Below, piece by piece: positions 19,184 to 29,359 of a stretch of DNA of 64,000 nt. Within the stretch, counting starts at the first letter, position 1. Every line of letters begins with the position of its first letter. The notes under the pieces were generated by a model. That model was given only the letters and a program-made list of their open reading frames with translations, ran no database searches and was not told the DNA's origin. The stretch comes from Candidatus Marinacidobacterales bacterium (GTDB lineage: Bacteria > Acidobacteriota > Vicinamibacteria > Marinacidobacterales > SMYC01): NCBI GenBank assembly GCA_965237685.1, contig CBDEGF010000002.1:487043-551042 (forward strand), given 5' to 3'. The translations under genes and the position numbers were made by a program.

Positions 19184-21400
19184 TCACCACAACGAGAGGT
19201 CCGCCAAGGCCTCCGGATGCAAGTAAGCCAGTACCCCGAGAACCACCGCCAAGAGCACGGCGATTATGGCAAGAATTCGCCCCCACTTGGACTGTGCCAC
19301 CTCGATTTCGGCGAGAAAACCCTCGGTGAGATCGCGACGCCTCTTTACCGCGTCTTTGGGCAACTCCCGCCTGCGGGTGAAGAGTCGGCCCAAACGTCGC
19401 GTCAGCTTCATGCGGAAGTTCACCGCCCAACCCGCTGCTTCCAGCAGAGCGCTCATGTCGCGCGATCGCAGTTTTAGGTAGCCGAGAAGTCCGCTCGAGA
19501 GCGTGACAACGCCTCCCAGGGCTAGAACCGCCGCCCCCAGGTGCAAAGGATTCACTTCCGAGAGGGTCTTGACAATGAACGCCAGCGAGGAGCCCACTGC
19601 GGCGAAAGCAAGGCCCCCACCGAGCAAAAGGTCGCGAACCGACGTTTTGTGAGCCGGGGCGGCGGCAGACATGGTGGGAGGTTTTTCTTCTCTTGCAGGT
19701 GTGGCGTCGTCGATTTTCTCCAAGCCCGCTTCGGTGGTCTTTTCGATCGATTCAGTCTCTCTTGCGGCGATCTGCTCCACCTTCCGCGCAGCCAGTCCTC
19801 CGATTCGCTGAAACGGTGCTTTCACCGCCTCCCACAGGCTGATGGGATTCTCCACGACTTCCATGACGCGCGCGTCCCATTCGCGCTCCTCGATGTCGAA
19901 GAAGACGCCTCGTTTACCGACGGCAATACCGCCTCGCTGGCCTGCCGTTACCGCCACGACGAGCTCGAACTTTTCGCGATGCGAGGAAGTTACTACCTTG
20001 GAGGTGATCTCGGCGTAGATGAGAAACAAACGGCTCATCTCGGCGAGCTTCCTATGCTCGGAGCGGTTCGTCACTTTCATGCTGAACGCTAATTCGCGAC
20101 CGTCGATGACCAGTGTGCCTTCCTCGAAAAGGGAGCGCCGATTGGGGGCATACAGCTGGGAGAAATTCACGAAGTTGTTCGCGAGCTCCAGGAGCCAGCG
20201 CTGCAGCAGGCAGAGCTTCTCCAGCGTGGCGATTTGCTCGGGCTCATCTCTGACGGCCAAGTCGCGCTCGATGAGCACCTCCGCTTCTTTCGGCAGCTCG
20301 CCTTCGAGGTAGGCGGTCAGTCTTTCCTCTCCGAGAGCCTCGATCTCGTCTTTCGGTTTCGCGTCATACCAGGCTTTGTGCGGCTCGAAAAGAGCCTTCA
20401 CTTTTCCCCAGTCTTCGCGGGTGAGCTTCTCCACTTCCGCTCCCAGGGCTCGCTTCAGGACTTTGTCTCTGAGCTCCCAGACCCGTTCTTCATAACAAGG
20501 ATTGAGACCGCTATTCAGGTTCAATTCCCCGGCTGCGTCCGGACGACTGAGCGGGGCCATGCTCAATCTCTTTTCGATGCCGAGGGCGTTCTCGAGGTCG
20601 AATCCCTCGAGCTCGTCCTCGCTCAGCTCGAATTGGCTCGCCGCACGAGGCTCCACTCTCAACAAGTCGCATTGCCAAAAGAACTGCTCGAGCTTCGCCT
20701 CGAGACCGGAGACGATGGCGGTCGCTTCGGGAGTGGCATCGCCCCACCTCCAGAGCTCCGAGCCGGGTTGCTCGCCTGCCGCCGGCTGCTTTCCCTCGAC
20801 CATCCAATCCCGCATGGCTCGCGCGCGATCGAGAAAGCGCTGGAGCTGCTCCTTGCCGTATCCGATCTTCCCGGCAGCGTCCCTGACTTCCCCCGCGTAT
20901 TTGACGACATCCGCGCAGAACGCCCAGGTGTTTTCGGCTTCGATATCGACCAGCGGCACGATGCCGTCTCCGTTCGGGAAGACGCGAGCGTAGCCGGCGC
21001 GAAAGGCGCGAATCTGCTCGAGGGAGATTTCCTTGCTCCCTCGCCTCTCGAGTCGTTCCAGAATCCATTTGCAAACTTCCTGCAGCTTGCGGCCTTCCGA
21101 GTGGGTCGTGTCCAAGTCGTCGAGACGCAGAACGTCGCTCTGGCGGGTGGCACCCTCGCGGTTGCTCAAGAAGTGAAACAGCCACTCTTGCGCATCTTTC
21201 AGCTCTTGGGTGCGGATGCGTCCGGTCTCATCGGGGTCGAGACACTTCAGCACGGCGGGATCGCAGCGAAAACAGTCAACCGGCGCGCTCGTTGCGGCCC
21301 ACCTGGACTCTTTCAGTTTCCCCAGAAAGGCGAGATCCTCGGCCGTTTCCAGACGCAGCTGGAAAATACCGCCGTAGTTCTCAAATACCATGGAGCTCAA
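19184..21400 (-). CDS. Uncharacterised 738-aa membrane protein with EF-hand-like loop and C-terminal TM helices
   Basis: Long ORF, DPDETGRIRTQEL loop, three hydrophobic segments near C-terminus. Confidence 0.75.
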   Translation of the reverse strand: MSSMVFENYGGIFQLRLETAEDLAFLGKLKESRWAATSAPVDCFRCDPAVLKCLDPDETGRIRTQELKDAQEWLFHFLSNREGATRQSDVLRLDDLDTTHSEGRKLQEVCKWILERLERRGSKEISLEQIRAFRAGYARVFPNGDGIVPLVDIEAENTWAFCADVVKYAGEVRDAAGKIGYGKEQLQRFLDRARAMRDWMVEGKQPAAGEQPGSELWRWGDATPEATAIVSGLEAKLEQFFWQCDLLRVEPRAASQFELSEDELEGFDLENALGIEKRLSMAPLSRPDAAGELNLNSGLNPCYEERVWELRDKVLKRALGAEVEKLTREDWGKVKALFEPHKAWYDAKPKDEIEALGEERLTAYLEGELPKEAEVLIERDLAVRDEPEQIATLEKLCLLQRWLLELANNFVNFSQLYAPNRRSLFEEGTLVIDGRELAFSMKVTNRSEHRKLAEMSRLFLIYAEITSKVVTSSHREKFELVVAVTAGQRGGIAVGKRGVFFDIEEREWDARVMEVVENPISLWEAVKAPFQRIGGLAARKVEQIAARETESIEKTTEAGLEKIDDATPAREEKPPTMSAAAPAHKTSVRDLLLGGGLAFAAVGSSLAFIVKTLSEVNPLHLGAAVLALGGVVTLSSGLLGYLKLRSRDMSALLEAAGWAVNFRMKLTRRLGRLFTRRRELPKDAVKRRRDLTEGFLAEIEVAQSKWGRILAIIAVLLAVVLGVLAYLHPEALADLSLW

Positions 21401-21453
21401 AGCTGCACTTCAGTCATATCAACCCCGCAATTCCCGCAACCACGAGGAGATTA

Positions 21454-21610
21454 GGGTCTTGGCAAGAATAAGTTCCCATTCTCGGGCGTCGAGGCGCCCG
21501 CCTGGCAAGACGCGAGGAGTGAATAATATCTGGATATATGACCGACGAGCAACGCAGCCAGGGGGGATGGATCGGCGCCCCAGAATGGGAAGTTATTCTT
21601 GCCAGGGCCC
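21454..21610. mobile_element. MITE copy 1 (157 bp, ~29-bp imperfect TIRs, TTA target duplication)
   Basis: TTA|GGGTCTTGGCAAGAATAAGTTCCCATTCT...AGAATGGGAAGTTATTCTTGCCAGGGCCC|TTA; second copy at 59099-59253. Confidence 0.88.
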
Positions 21611-21694
21611 TTAGCCCGGCCGCGAGTTCCTTTCAACCTACGGATCAAGGAAATCCGTCGCGCAAGGACGTCGATGTGCGAGCGAGTGAACTCC

Positions 21695-21892
21695 GTGTAA
21701 ATCTTGACTTCACGAGCGGACGGGTATTGACGAGGGACAGGTCGTGCTCTGGCGCAGCTACTGTTGGGGTGGGGTTGTGACGTTACCGGGCCAAACAATG
21801 GCGCCTTCGTCCACTGTCAGTCGACCGGTTGCCGGATCCACGCTGCCCACGTGTAAATCTTTGACTTCACGGGCGGATGGGTATTGACGGGG
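21695..21892. repeat. Pair of ~40-bp direct repeats
   Basis: GTGTAAATCTT(T)GACTTCACG(A/G)GCGGA(C/T)GGGTATTGACG at ~21695 and ~21851. Confidence 0.75.
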
Positions 21893-21997
21893 TGACGGGT
21901 ATCCAGTATCCGGCGTCCAGTATCCAATCCGTCGACTTGAGCTCTGAGTTCTTGTGTAATACAATCAGTATTATAATCTAAGAAGGGAGCAAGCGTC

Positions 21998-22258
21998 GTG
22001 GGAACCCGAACGGTCAGGCTGGATGATGAGATGGAGAAGGTCCTGCACGAGATATGTCGGACCACCGGCCTTTCCATCTCCAACGTCCTCCAGAGGGGCA
22101 TCCTCGCCTTCTACAAGGAAGTTTCGGAGCGGGCGACGAAGACTCCCTTCGGCGTATACCGAGACTTGGATCTGGGACCGGGCGGCTACGCGATCGCACC
22201 GTCTACCGACGTCCGCCGCGCCGTCGGTGAAGCTTTGGAACGGAAACGGCGCCGTTGA
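21998..22258 (+). CDS. RHH/CopG-like antitoxin (VapB-like)
   Basis: TRTVRLDDE N-terminus, overlaps PIN gene. Confidence 0.75.
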   Translation: MGTRTVRLDDEMEKVLHEICRTTGLSISNVLQRGILAFYKEVSERATKTPFGVYRDLDLGPGGYAIAPSTDVRRAVGEALERKRRR

Positions 22259-22692
22259 TCCTGACGGACACCGGGCCGCTGGTCGCGCTCTTCGATCCGC
22301 AGGACGCGCTGCATGCGAGCTCCGCCGACGCGCTCGAGACCGTTCGAGAGTCGCTGATCACGACGGTTCCGGTGCTCACCGAAGCGTTTCACATGTTGAC
22401 TCCAGCAAGCCAAGGCTCGGACCGACTTCGTGACTTCATCCTCCAAGGTGGCCTTTCCGTGTGGTTCTCGAGCGCGGTGTCGCTCGAACGAGCCTTCGAA
22501 CTGATGGAACAATATGCCGATCACCCCATGGACCTGGCGGACGCCTCATTGGTTTCAGCCGCAGAAGAATTGGGCACGAGGAAAATCTTCACTCTCGATC
22601 TCGATGATTTTGAGACCTACCGCGTCAAGCGTGGACACCGTCACTATTCTTTCGAGATCCTGGCGCCTCGTGACGTAAAGCGACGTCGCTAG
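22255..22692 (+). CDS. vapC: PIN-domain toxin
   Basis: ILTDTGPLVA, VLTEA, MDLADASL, TLDLDDF. Confidence 0.9.
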   Translation: MILTDTGPLVALFDPQDALHASSADALETVRESLITTVPVLTEAFHMLTPASQGSDRLRDFILQGGLSVWFSSAVSLERAFELMEQYADHPMDLADASLVSAAEELGTRKIFTLDLDDFETYRVKRGHRHYSFEILAPRDVKRRR

Positions 22693-22751
22693 TCGGTTAT
22701 TTACACCAAGACGGGAGTGGGTGAACCGCTTCGAACAAAGAGGAGACATGC

Positions 22752-23527
22752 TATGCGTTCCGTTGACCGTCGTGCCTTCCTGAAAACTGCCACCGCCGGG
22801 CTGGCGATGACTCCGGCGCTCGGGAGCGCACCGCCCCGCGACGACACCGATCCGCTGGGCGTTCGCGCCGATTTCCCGGTCACCGAGGCTCAGGCCTACC
22901 TGAACACGGCCTACTCTGGACCGATATCGAGGGCCGTGCATCAGGCGGCCGTGGCGTTTGCCGACGAGAAAATGCTCAAATCCTCTCCGGGGCGCCGCGC
23001 CGAGATGCGGGAGGAGACACGGACCCGGTTCGCGGAGCTCTTCGGGGCGAAGAAGGAAGAGGTCGGACTCCTTTATTCCACGAGCGACGGTGAGAACATC
23101 GTGGCACGAGCGATCGACTGGAAGGCGGGGGACAACGTGGTGGTCGATGAGACTCAGCGGGACGGCGCGCAAGTACGAGTATGCGAATCTCGCCTTTGGT
23201 CCCCTCGACCAGCTCCGGGTGGCGCTCGACTACCTGGAGGACGTCGGCCTCGCGCGGATCGAAGCGCACACGTTCGCCCTTGCGAGTGAGCTCCGGGAGG
23301 GTGTGGCGAAGCTAGGGCTCGCGGTCCTCACGCCGCCCGGAAATCTCTCGCCGATCGTCAGCTTTTTGCACGGTCGCGAGCCCGAGGCGCTTGCGAGCGC
23401 GCTCGAGCGCGAGAACGTCGTCATCAGCTTTCGTGAGAGAGGCACTCAGGTGCGTGCCGCCGTCGCAATGTTCAACAACCGAGGTGACGTCGAGCGACTG
23501 CTCGGAGTTTTGCAAGAGCTCGCCTGA
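22752..23527 (+). pseudogene. Tat-exported class V aminotransferase with central deletion
   Basis: DRRAFLK signal, RADFP..AYLNTA, GDNVVVDE joined out of frame at ~23150 to C-terminal RKYEYA...VRAAVAMFNN; PLP-Lys region absent. Confidence 0.8.
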
Positions 23528-23564
23528 CAACCTCAGGGAGGCGCCTCGCAACGCCCGCTGACGC

Positions 23565-23936
23565 CTAATGAATAATCCACTTCTGTAGCCCGACGTCCCA
23601 GACGTACTCGAACTTCTTGTGGGTCTCTTCGGTGATGTAGCCGTCGAGCTCCTTGATGCGGCTGGTGATCGTGAAGTCGATGGTGCCTGCCCACGGCTGG
23701 TTCTCGTCGTTCGGTCGCGGCCGGATGTCGACGGAGTTGATATTCCAGGTCATCTGGACTTCGAGCTTCGGGTTGACGTTCTCGCCCTCGGATTTCATGG
23801 CCTGCGCTTCCTGCTGCAGCAGCGGCAGAACGTCTTCTCTCGATGGTGGTTCCGGGCCGTCGCCCGAGCAGGACATGCAAACAGCGAGCGCCAGGACACA
23901 CCAGAACATAGGCACACTTTTTCGAGGGGATGTCAT
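23565..23936 (-). CDS. Hypothetical lipoprotein
   Basis: Hydrophobic signal with MSC lipobox-like motif. Confidence 0.65.
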   Translation of the reverse strand: MTSPRKSVPMFWCVLALAVCMSCSGDGPEPPSREDVLPLLQQEAQAMKSEGENVNPKLEVQMTWNINSVDIRPRPNDENQPWAGTIDFTITSRIKELDGYITEETHKKFEYVWDVGLQKWIIH

Positions 23937-23984
23937 AGAGGCAGGCTAGCAACAAGGCCGGGCGCGGATCAAACGCTTCGGTTC

Positions 23985-25172
23985 TCAGGCCGCCCGGAGC
24001 AACCGCTCGCGATTCATATAGACGAACCAGCCAATGAGGTGCGCCTGCAGAATGATGCCGTAAGCCTTTGCAAGGCTGCCCAGTACACCGCGAATACCGG
24101 GAATGAAGCCGAAAACGGTGTGCAGCGCCAGGACGGCGACCACCACGATGAGCAGCAGCATGAGGCACAGGATGTAGTCCTCTTTGATGGCGGTGATCGT
24201 CCGAATCACGGTCCGCGGCTGGAGCGCTCGCTGGGGGTCGTCCATGAGAACCAGAAGTCCGAGCGCCATCGGGTAGTAGACGAAGCCGAGAAGACCGAGC
24301 GGGAACATGACGATGATGCCCAGAAAGGGAGCCAGATAGGCGACGAACAGCACTGGAACCGTGACGGCGATCGTGAGGAGCACTGCGGGAACCGCCTGCC
24401 CGAGAAACGCGCGGCCGTCGAGGTCTTTCCTCAGGGTGAGCGTCTTCTCGCCTCGCGCCGAGCGCATGACGACATAGATGGCGGCCACCAGCACGAGGAG
24501 ATAGAGAGGCATCGTGACCACGGACAAGCCGGCCAGCCAGATCAACAACCCCATGCTGAGCGTCAGAATCCATCCCCAGGCGACGATAGGGAAGAGCGCG
24601 ACTTCGTCCGGTCGTTTCCACGGAGGCTTCTCCCGCAGGCGCGGGTCCGGATCCTGGATGCCTCCGTTACAGGCCGGGCACAATTGCGGCTTGACCTGCA
24701 TCAACTTTTCGATGCACTCGGAGCAATAGCCGCGACCGCATCGCCGACAGTTGCCAGCCGATATTGCCGTGTCGTGATTGGTGCATTTGCGCTGGTAGGT
24801 GACGGCGAAGTCCGCGTCCATGAAGTGTTCACGGAACATTGGATGCTTCGATATGGGCTCGAAGCGTTGGCCGTCGTCCGAAACCTGGTCCCACGGCAGG
24901 ATCCGCCGGGCCTCGACCCCGTGTTGCACCGCTTCGGCGCTGAGGTTCTCGACACTGCCCTTGGACATCTTGAGGTGTACCCTGGCCTCGCCGTCACCTC
25001 CCCGCGCCGCGCGGGCCGGAGCGGCCGGATCTGCCACGCCTTCCCGAGTGACGACGATCTGCTCGCCGCAGCTTGCGCAGGTGCCAGAGACGTCGTGCCC
25101 GCTCATCTGCGAGCCGTCGAGGACCTGGACGCGGCCGCAGGATGGACAGTTGATTTCGAGGAAATCGGACAT
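23985..25172 (-). CDS. Zn-ribbon/B-box-like membrane protein (DUF4013-like TM region)
   Basis: CPSC..CASC, CTNH...CRRC...CSEC...CPAC, followed by multiple TM helices. Confidence 0.7.
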   Translation of the reverse strand: MSDFLEINCPSCGRVQVLDGSQMSGHDVSGTCASCGEQIVVTREGVADPAAPARAARGGDGEARVHLKMSKGSVENLSAEAVQHGVEARRILPWDQVSDDGQRFEPISKHPMFREHFMDADFAVTYQRKCTNHDTAISAGNCRRCGRGYCSECIEKLMQVKPQLCPACNGGIQDPDPRLREKPPWKRPDEVALFPIVAWGWILTLSMGLLIWLAGLSVVTMPLYLLVLVAAIYVVMRSARGEKTLTLRKDLDGRAFLGQAVPAVLLTIAVTVPVLFVAYLAPFLGIIVMFPLGLLGFVYYPMALGLLVLMDDPQRALQPRTVIRTITAIKEDYILCLMLLLIVVVAVLALHTVFGFIPGIRGVLGSLAKAYGIILQAHLIGWFVYMNRERLLRAA

Positions 25173-25290
25173 TGGCTGTATTATATAATCCTTGTTCCGG
25201 CCAGGAACGTTGGTCCGCAAGTTCCTGACACACCGAAGCTTTGGGACGCGGTGGTTGGGCCATCCCCGAAACTCCAGTCATCTGCACATC

Positions 25291-26220
25291 ATGGGTCGCA
25301 AGAAACGCAGTCAGTTGCGCAACGTCGCGGAGTACGTTGCCGCGCGGGGGACGCTCGGGGCGATCGGGCTGCTGCCGCGGGGTCTCGTAACGTCGCTCGG
25401 GCGAAATGTTCTCGGACCGCTGGCGCACCGGGTGGTGCCGCGGGCACGCAAAAGGGGTCAGAGCAATCTGGAGCAGGCATTCGGTAACGAGCTGCCGGAC
25501 GACGCGCGCGGAGAGCTCCTTCGGGCAGTGTTCCGCCACATTGCCGAGACGGCGGTCGAGCTCAGCCTCTACCCGAGGTGGATCTCGAATGGCCACTACC
25601 CGCTGATCCTGAACCCCGGCGACCTGCCGGTTTACGAAGAGCTCTGGGAGCGAGGCGGGAGCATCATCTTTGTCACCGCGCATTTCGGGAACTGGGAGCT
25701 CGTCGGCGCCCTTGCACGGCGGATGGGCCCGATCCTGCACTCGGTGGCGCGCCCTCTCGACAATCCCTATCTGGACACGTGGGTCCGCGAGCTGCGCGAG
25801 GCGCGGGGCCAGAAAGTGCACAGCAAGAAGGGATCCCTTCGGGCGCTCGCCACTGCGCTTCGCCAGGGGGACTGCGTCGGCTATCTGGTCGATCAGGACG
25901 CCGGCCCCGGCGGTCTCTTCGTCGATTTCCTGGGCAGGAAAGCTTCGACGACGCGAGCTCCCGCCTCGCTCGCCTACCGCACGGGCGCTCCCATCGTTCC
26001 TGGCTGCGCGATCCGATCCGGCTCAGGATTCGAGTTCGAGGTTCGGCTGGGAAAGCCCATCTACCCCCGACAGGAAGAGCCCAGGGAGGCGGAGATCTTT
26101 CGAATGACGCAGGCGTTTACGTCCGTTCTCGAGGGATGGATTCGAGAGTTCCCTGAGCAGTGGCTGTGGCTCCACCGGCGGTGGAAGACTCGCCCTCCGG
26201 AGGAGTCACCGGAGCACTAG
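25291..26220 (+). CDS. Lipid A acyltransferase (LpxL/HtrB family)
   Basis: TAHFGNWEL, LVDQD, PEQWLWLHRRWKTRP. Confidence 0.92.
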   Translation: MGRKKRSQLRNVAEYVAARGTLGAIGLLPRGLVTSLGRNVLGPLAHRVVPRARKRGQSNLEQAFGNELPDDARGELLRAVFRHIAETAVELSLYPRWISNGHYPLILNPGDLPVYEELWERGGSIIFVTAHFGNWELVGALARRMGPILHSVARPLDNPYLDTWVRELREARGQKVHSKKGSLRALATALRQGDCVGYLVDQDAGPGGLFVDFLGRKASTTRAPASLAYRTGAPIVPGCAIRSGSGFEFEVRLGKPIYPRQEEPREAEIFRMTQAFTSVLEGWIREFPEQWLWLHRRWKTRPPEESPEH

Positions 26221-26542
26221 TGTCCAAAATCCTTTCCGACCAGATTCAGCGACTGAAACATCGTTCGCAGCGGATGCTTCTCCTGCAGGGGTGAGTTGAA
26301 GAATCGGTTCAGCCCGTTCTTTCAAGGAGATCGCCTCGATCCAGCTCATGTTCGTCCTCGACTATTGGATCGTGTAGCCGCCACCCGAGTAATCGAGGCA
26401 GCCAGTAGAAGAGGGAGGGTCATCGCCAGCTTCATTTCGGGGCCAGTTTATCAAGGAGAGGACCGTCGATCGAGACGTCCTCTCGAGGTAGTGATGATTA
26501 TTCCTCGGACAGGGGCAGGGGCCCGCCTACGCCGTCGGGACG

Positions 26543-26607
26543 ACGGCTACGGCGAGGTCTCGCCGTCCGACTTCGCTGAAGCTTCGTCGAGACCTCGCCG
26601 TAGCCGT
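26543..26607. repeat. REP-like hairpin with perfect 20-bp arms
   Basis: ACGGCTACGGCGAGGTCTCG (26543-26562) and its reverse complement (26588-26607); GGCTACGGCGAGG recurs at ~29418. Confidence 0.8.
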
Positions 26608-26685
26608 GGCCAGAGATACAGCCGCCACGGTGGAGGCGGGAAGGCTTGGCGAAGGCGGACAGGGGTGTGAATAGCAGGTGCTACA

Positions 26686-26838
26686 ATGAATCCATGTTCC
26701 CGCGAGCCATGTTTGCGACGTTGATTGTGTGCATGACGGCGACTCTCCTCGCTCAGGAGTCGTCCGAGCTGGACAACGTTCTCGTCTGGTACGACTTCGA
26801 GAGCGACGGTATCGAGACCGGGCCCTACACGCTCTGGG
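26686..26838 (+). pseudogene. N-terminus of secreted protein interrupted by IS66
   Basis: Signal peptide MFPRAMFATLIVCMTATLLAQ then VWYDFESDGIETGPYTLWV, abutting tnpC. Confidence 0.55.
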
Positions 26839-27940
26839 TCGACTTCTTCCGCGGAGGCCACCGTGCCGTTAAACACGCGTCGAACACGCTCGCGGCGTCG
26901 GCCTGCACGTATCCCGTGCGGCCCGCCAAAAACTCCCACGGACCCGTCGCTCCTTCGCCCGTCGGCGCGTAGCGAAACACCACGTCTCGGTCGTCGCCCA
27001 TGTAGCACCACATCGTGCCTCGCTCGATGTTCTCCGGGCTTTGCGGATCGAGCACTTTCACTCCGGTGGCATCGGTTCGGATGACACCGGCCTTCAGGAC
27101 CCGCTTCTCCAACTGGTCCACAAGCGGCTCCACAAGGTTTGCCACCTCGCCCACCCAATCCGACATCGTGGAGACCGCAATCCCCGCGCCGCTACGGGCG
27201 TAGATACGATGCAAACGGTGAAGGGGAACGTGGTCTACGTACTTGCTCACCACCACATGAGCTAAAAGCGAGGCGTCAGCGCTGCTCCGCTCGATCACCG
27301 GGGCCGGGCCCTCGGCTCTCGTGACGCCTTCCCGGCACTTCCCGCAGGCGTACTTCTCCAGATGGTACTCATGCTCGATGAAGTGCCCCGGCACGTACTC
27401 GAGCCTCCGTCGGACGTCTTTACCGAGAGGCTTCTTGAGTTTGCCGCATCGAGAGCAGCCCCGCTCCTCTTCAGGTATCTCGCGCAAGTGAACCTGGCGT
27501 TCGATCCCGTCCGTTCGGATTGTTTCGCGGCGCGGTTTGTTGCCCTTGCCTCGTGGCCGAGTCTTTTTCGCTTCTTCGATCTGCTGTTCCAGCTCCGCGT
27601 CTTCCCGAGCCTCGGTTTGTGGGTCGAGCTCCGGCTCCAGCTCTTCACCACCGCTTTGGCTCATCAGCTGCTCGAACATCAGCTGGAGCTGTCCGGGGTC
27701 CACCTTCTCGGAGCGCTTGCCTACTCGTTCCCTCTGAAGCTTCAACACCATCAGCTCCAGCTCTCTCGATTTGCGCAACACCGCATCCAGCGCCGAGACC
27801 AGCAGGTCGAACGCTTCCTCCGTCTTGCCCTCGCTTGCTAGACTTCGGGCCGAATCCCGAATCTGCCCCAGAGCGTTGGGCGCCCTCGTACTGCCAGCGC
27901 CCTCTCGGCGCGACTGGGTCGATTCGGAGCTCGTGTTCAC
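26825..27940 (-). pseudogene. tnpC: IS66 TnpC transposase, C-terminally truncated
   Basis: GKRSEK, CSRC...CGKC, SKYVDHVPLHR, TDATG, YVQADA; frameshift and break before GCWxH. Confidence 0.9.
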
Positions 27941-28260
27941 TACTTACGCCTTTGACGCAGCTGTTTCGCTAGCCCCTTGCGATTCTGATTGCCCAACTGA
28001 GCCACCGCCTCTCGCATCTTCGACCAGGCCTCGACTCCACGACGAACTTCCCGTTCGTGGCTTCGCGGGATGTACAGCGATGTCGACCGACTCTCCTCGT
28101 TGCGAAACTTCAGGTACAGGTGGGGACCATGGAGACGATTCGGGTCGGTTCGGCACCCGCAGGCGGTTTTACCACAGCGAAGCATGACCTCCGTAAGCGT
28201 GCCCGGTACAGCGTTCTCGCCGAGGGTTTGAAGCCGTTGCAGTAGTCGCGTCTTAGTCAT
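27940..28260 (-). CDS. DUF6788-like small basic Zn-finger protein
   Basis: PGTLTE..RCGKTACGC...HGPHLYL; TAG overlaps tnpC GTG. Confidence 0.75.
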   Translation of the reverse strand: MTKTRLLQRLQTLGENAVPGTLTEVMLRCGKTACGCRTDPNRLHGPHLYLKFRNEESRSTSLYIPRSHEREVRRGVEAWSKMREAVAQLGNQNRKGLAKQLRQRRK

Positions 28261-28273
28261 ATATAGAAGATTA

Positions 28274-28302
28274 AGACTAATCGCAAAAAGCAAGAAAGTC
28301 AA
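28274..28302 (-). promoter_or_regulatory. Internal sigma70-like promoter for DUF6788-tnpC
   Basis: TTGACT-17 nt-TAGTCT in AT-rich spacer, 13 nt before ATG. Confidence 0.5.
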
Positions 28303-28337
28303 GTCCCTGCTGCGTTCTTGGGAAGAAAATCAGCCCT

Positions 28338-28724
28338 TCAACCGTGAAGGGCGACTCTCTTCTCCTCAGCTCGCTGATACCATCGCTTCCGGCGTCGAGC
28401 GCCACGAAGGTCCAACCCCTCCAGCATCAGTCCCAGCTCGCCAGAGTCCAACTCAACGTGCCTATCACCCGGACGCGGTGACGTCGGCAGTTCAAAGGTC
28501 CCTCGCTCCAGCCTCTTGTACAGCAAAACGTACCCCGTCCGATCCCAAGCGAGGATCTTCACACGATTCTGACGCCGATTCAGAAACACGAACAGATGAC
28601 CGCTCAGGGGCGATTGACCGATCACACTCCGCGTCGCTGCAGCCAGCCCGTCAAAGCCGCGACGCAGGTCCATCGGCTCCGCCGCAACGTAGATCCTCAC
28701 AGACGATGGGAGCATCCACATCAC
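28338..28724 (-). CDS. tnpB: IS66 accessory protein TnpB
   Basis: [38 protein letters not shown]. Confidence 0.95.
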   Translation of the reverse strand: MMWMLPSSVRIYVAAEPMDLRRGFDGLAAATRSVIGQSPLSGHLFVFLNRRQNRVKILAWDRTGYVLLYKRLERGTFELPTSPRPGDRHVELDSGELGLMLEGLDLRGARRRKRWYQRAEEKRVALHG

Positions 28725-29086
28725 GCTCGACCTTCTAGAACTTCGAGCACCCGACCCAGCTCCTCAGATGAGAACCCCTCACGCACTCGTACGCGCCTGC
28801 CGTCCAACAACACCACCTCGATCGCGTCCCTCTCGCCTCCTCGCTCGCCTTCTCGCTCGCCTCCCACCAGGCGAACCGGATGAAACCGTACACTCCCCCT
28901 CGACCCACCTTGCAGTCGCTCCGACCACCGAACCAGCCGCTGGGAGGTCAACCCGTACTCCCTGGCGAACTCCGAGACACGCTTCCCACTACGCTGCCAT
29001 GACGACACAACATTCCGCGCATCCGCCTCTGCCCAGCGCCGCTTCCCTATCACTTTCGATATCCCCGCTGTCCTTCGCTTCGACAT
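28721..29086 (-). CDS. tnpA: IS66 accessory protein TnpA
   Basis: [33 protein letters not shown]. Confidence 0.85.
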   Translation of the reverse strand: MSKRRTAGISKVIGKRRWAEADARNVVSSWQRSGKRVSEFAREYGLTSQRLVRWSERLQGGSRGSVRFHPVRLVGGEREGERGGERDAIEVVLLDGRRVRVREGFSSEELGRVLEVLEGRA

Positions 29087-29180
29087 CTCTTGCCTCCTTC
29101 GTCCCCCGCCTCCAGTGGCGAGCACACAAAGGATGCCTCGGGAGCGACGTATCGGGAACATGGTGGGAGCGGACGCTTAC

Positions 29181-29359
29181 ACGCCGCCTTCTATGCCGGG
29201 GACTATCCAGAAGCGCAGTCCAGCTACGAACGGAGCCTTCGCTTCCGCCAGAACCCCGACGAGATCTACCTGAAGCTCTCCGACGTCCACTTCAAGCTCG
29301 GAAACCTGGATCTCGAGCGCGTTTACCGCGAGAAGATCTACGGCAGCCTCAGGCCTTGA
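29181..29359 (+). pseudogene. TPR-like C-terminal fragment of the IS66-disrupted gene
   Basis: AAFYAGDYPEAQSSYERSL...YLKLSDVHFKLGNLDLER. Confidence 0.6.

Larger units (their letters stand above)
26838..29180 (-). mobile_element. IS66-family element, right end deleted, with extra gene between tnpB and tnpC
   Basis: Left end GTAAGCGTCCGC at 29180; tnpA-tnpB-orf-tnpC. Confidence 0.9.
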
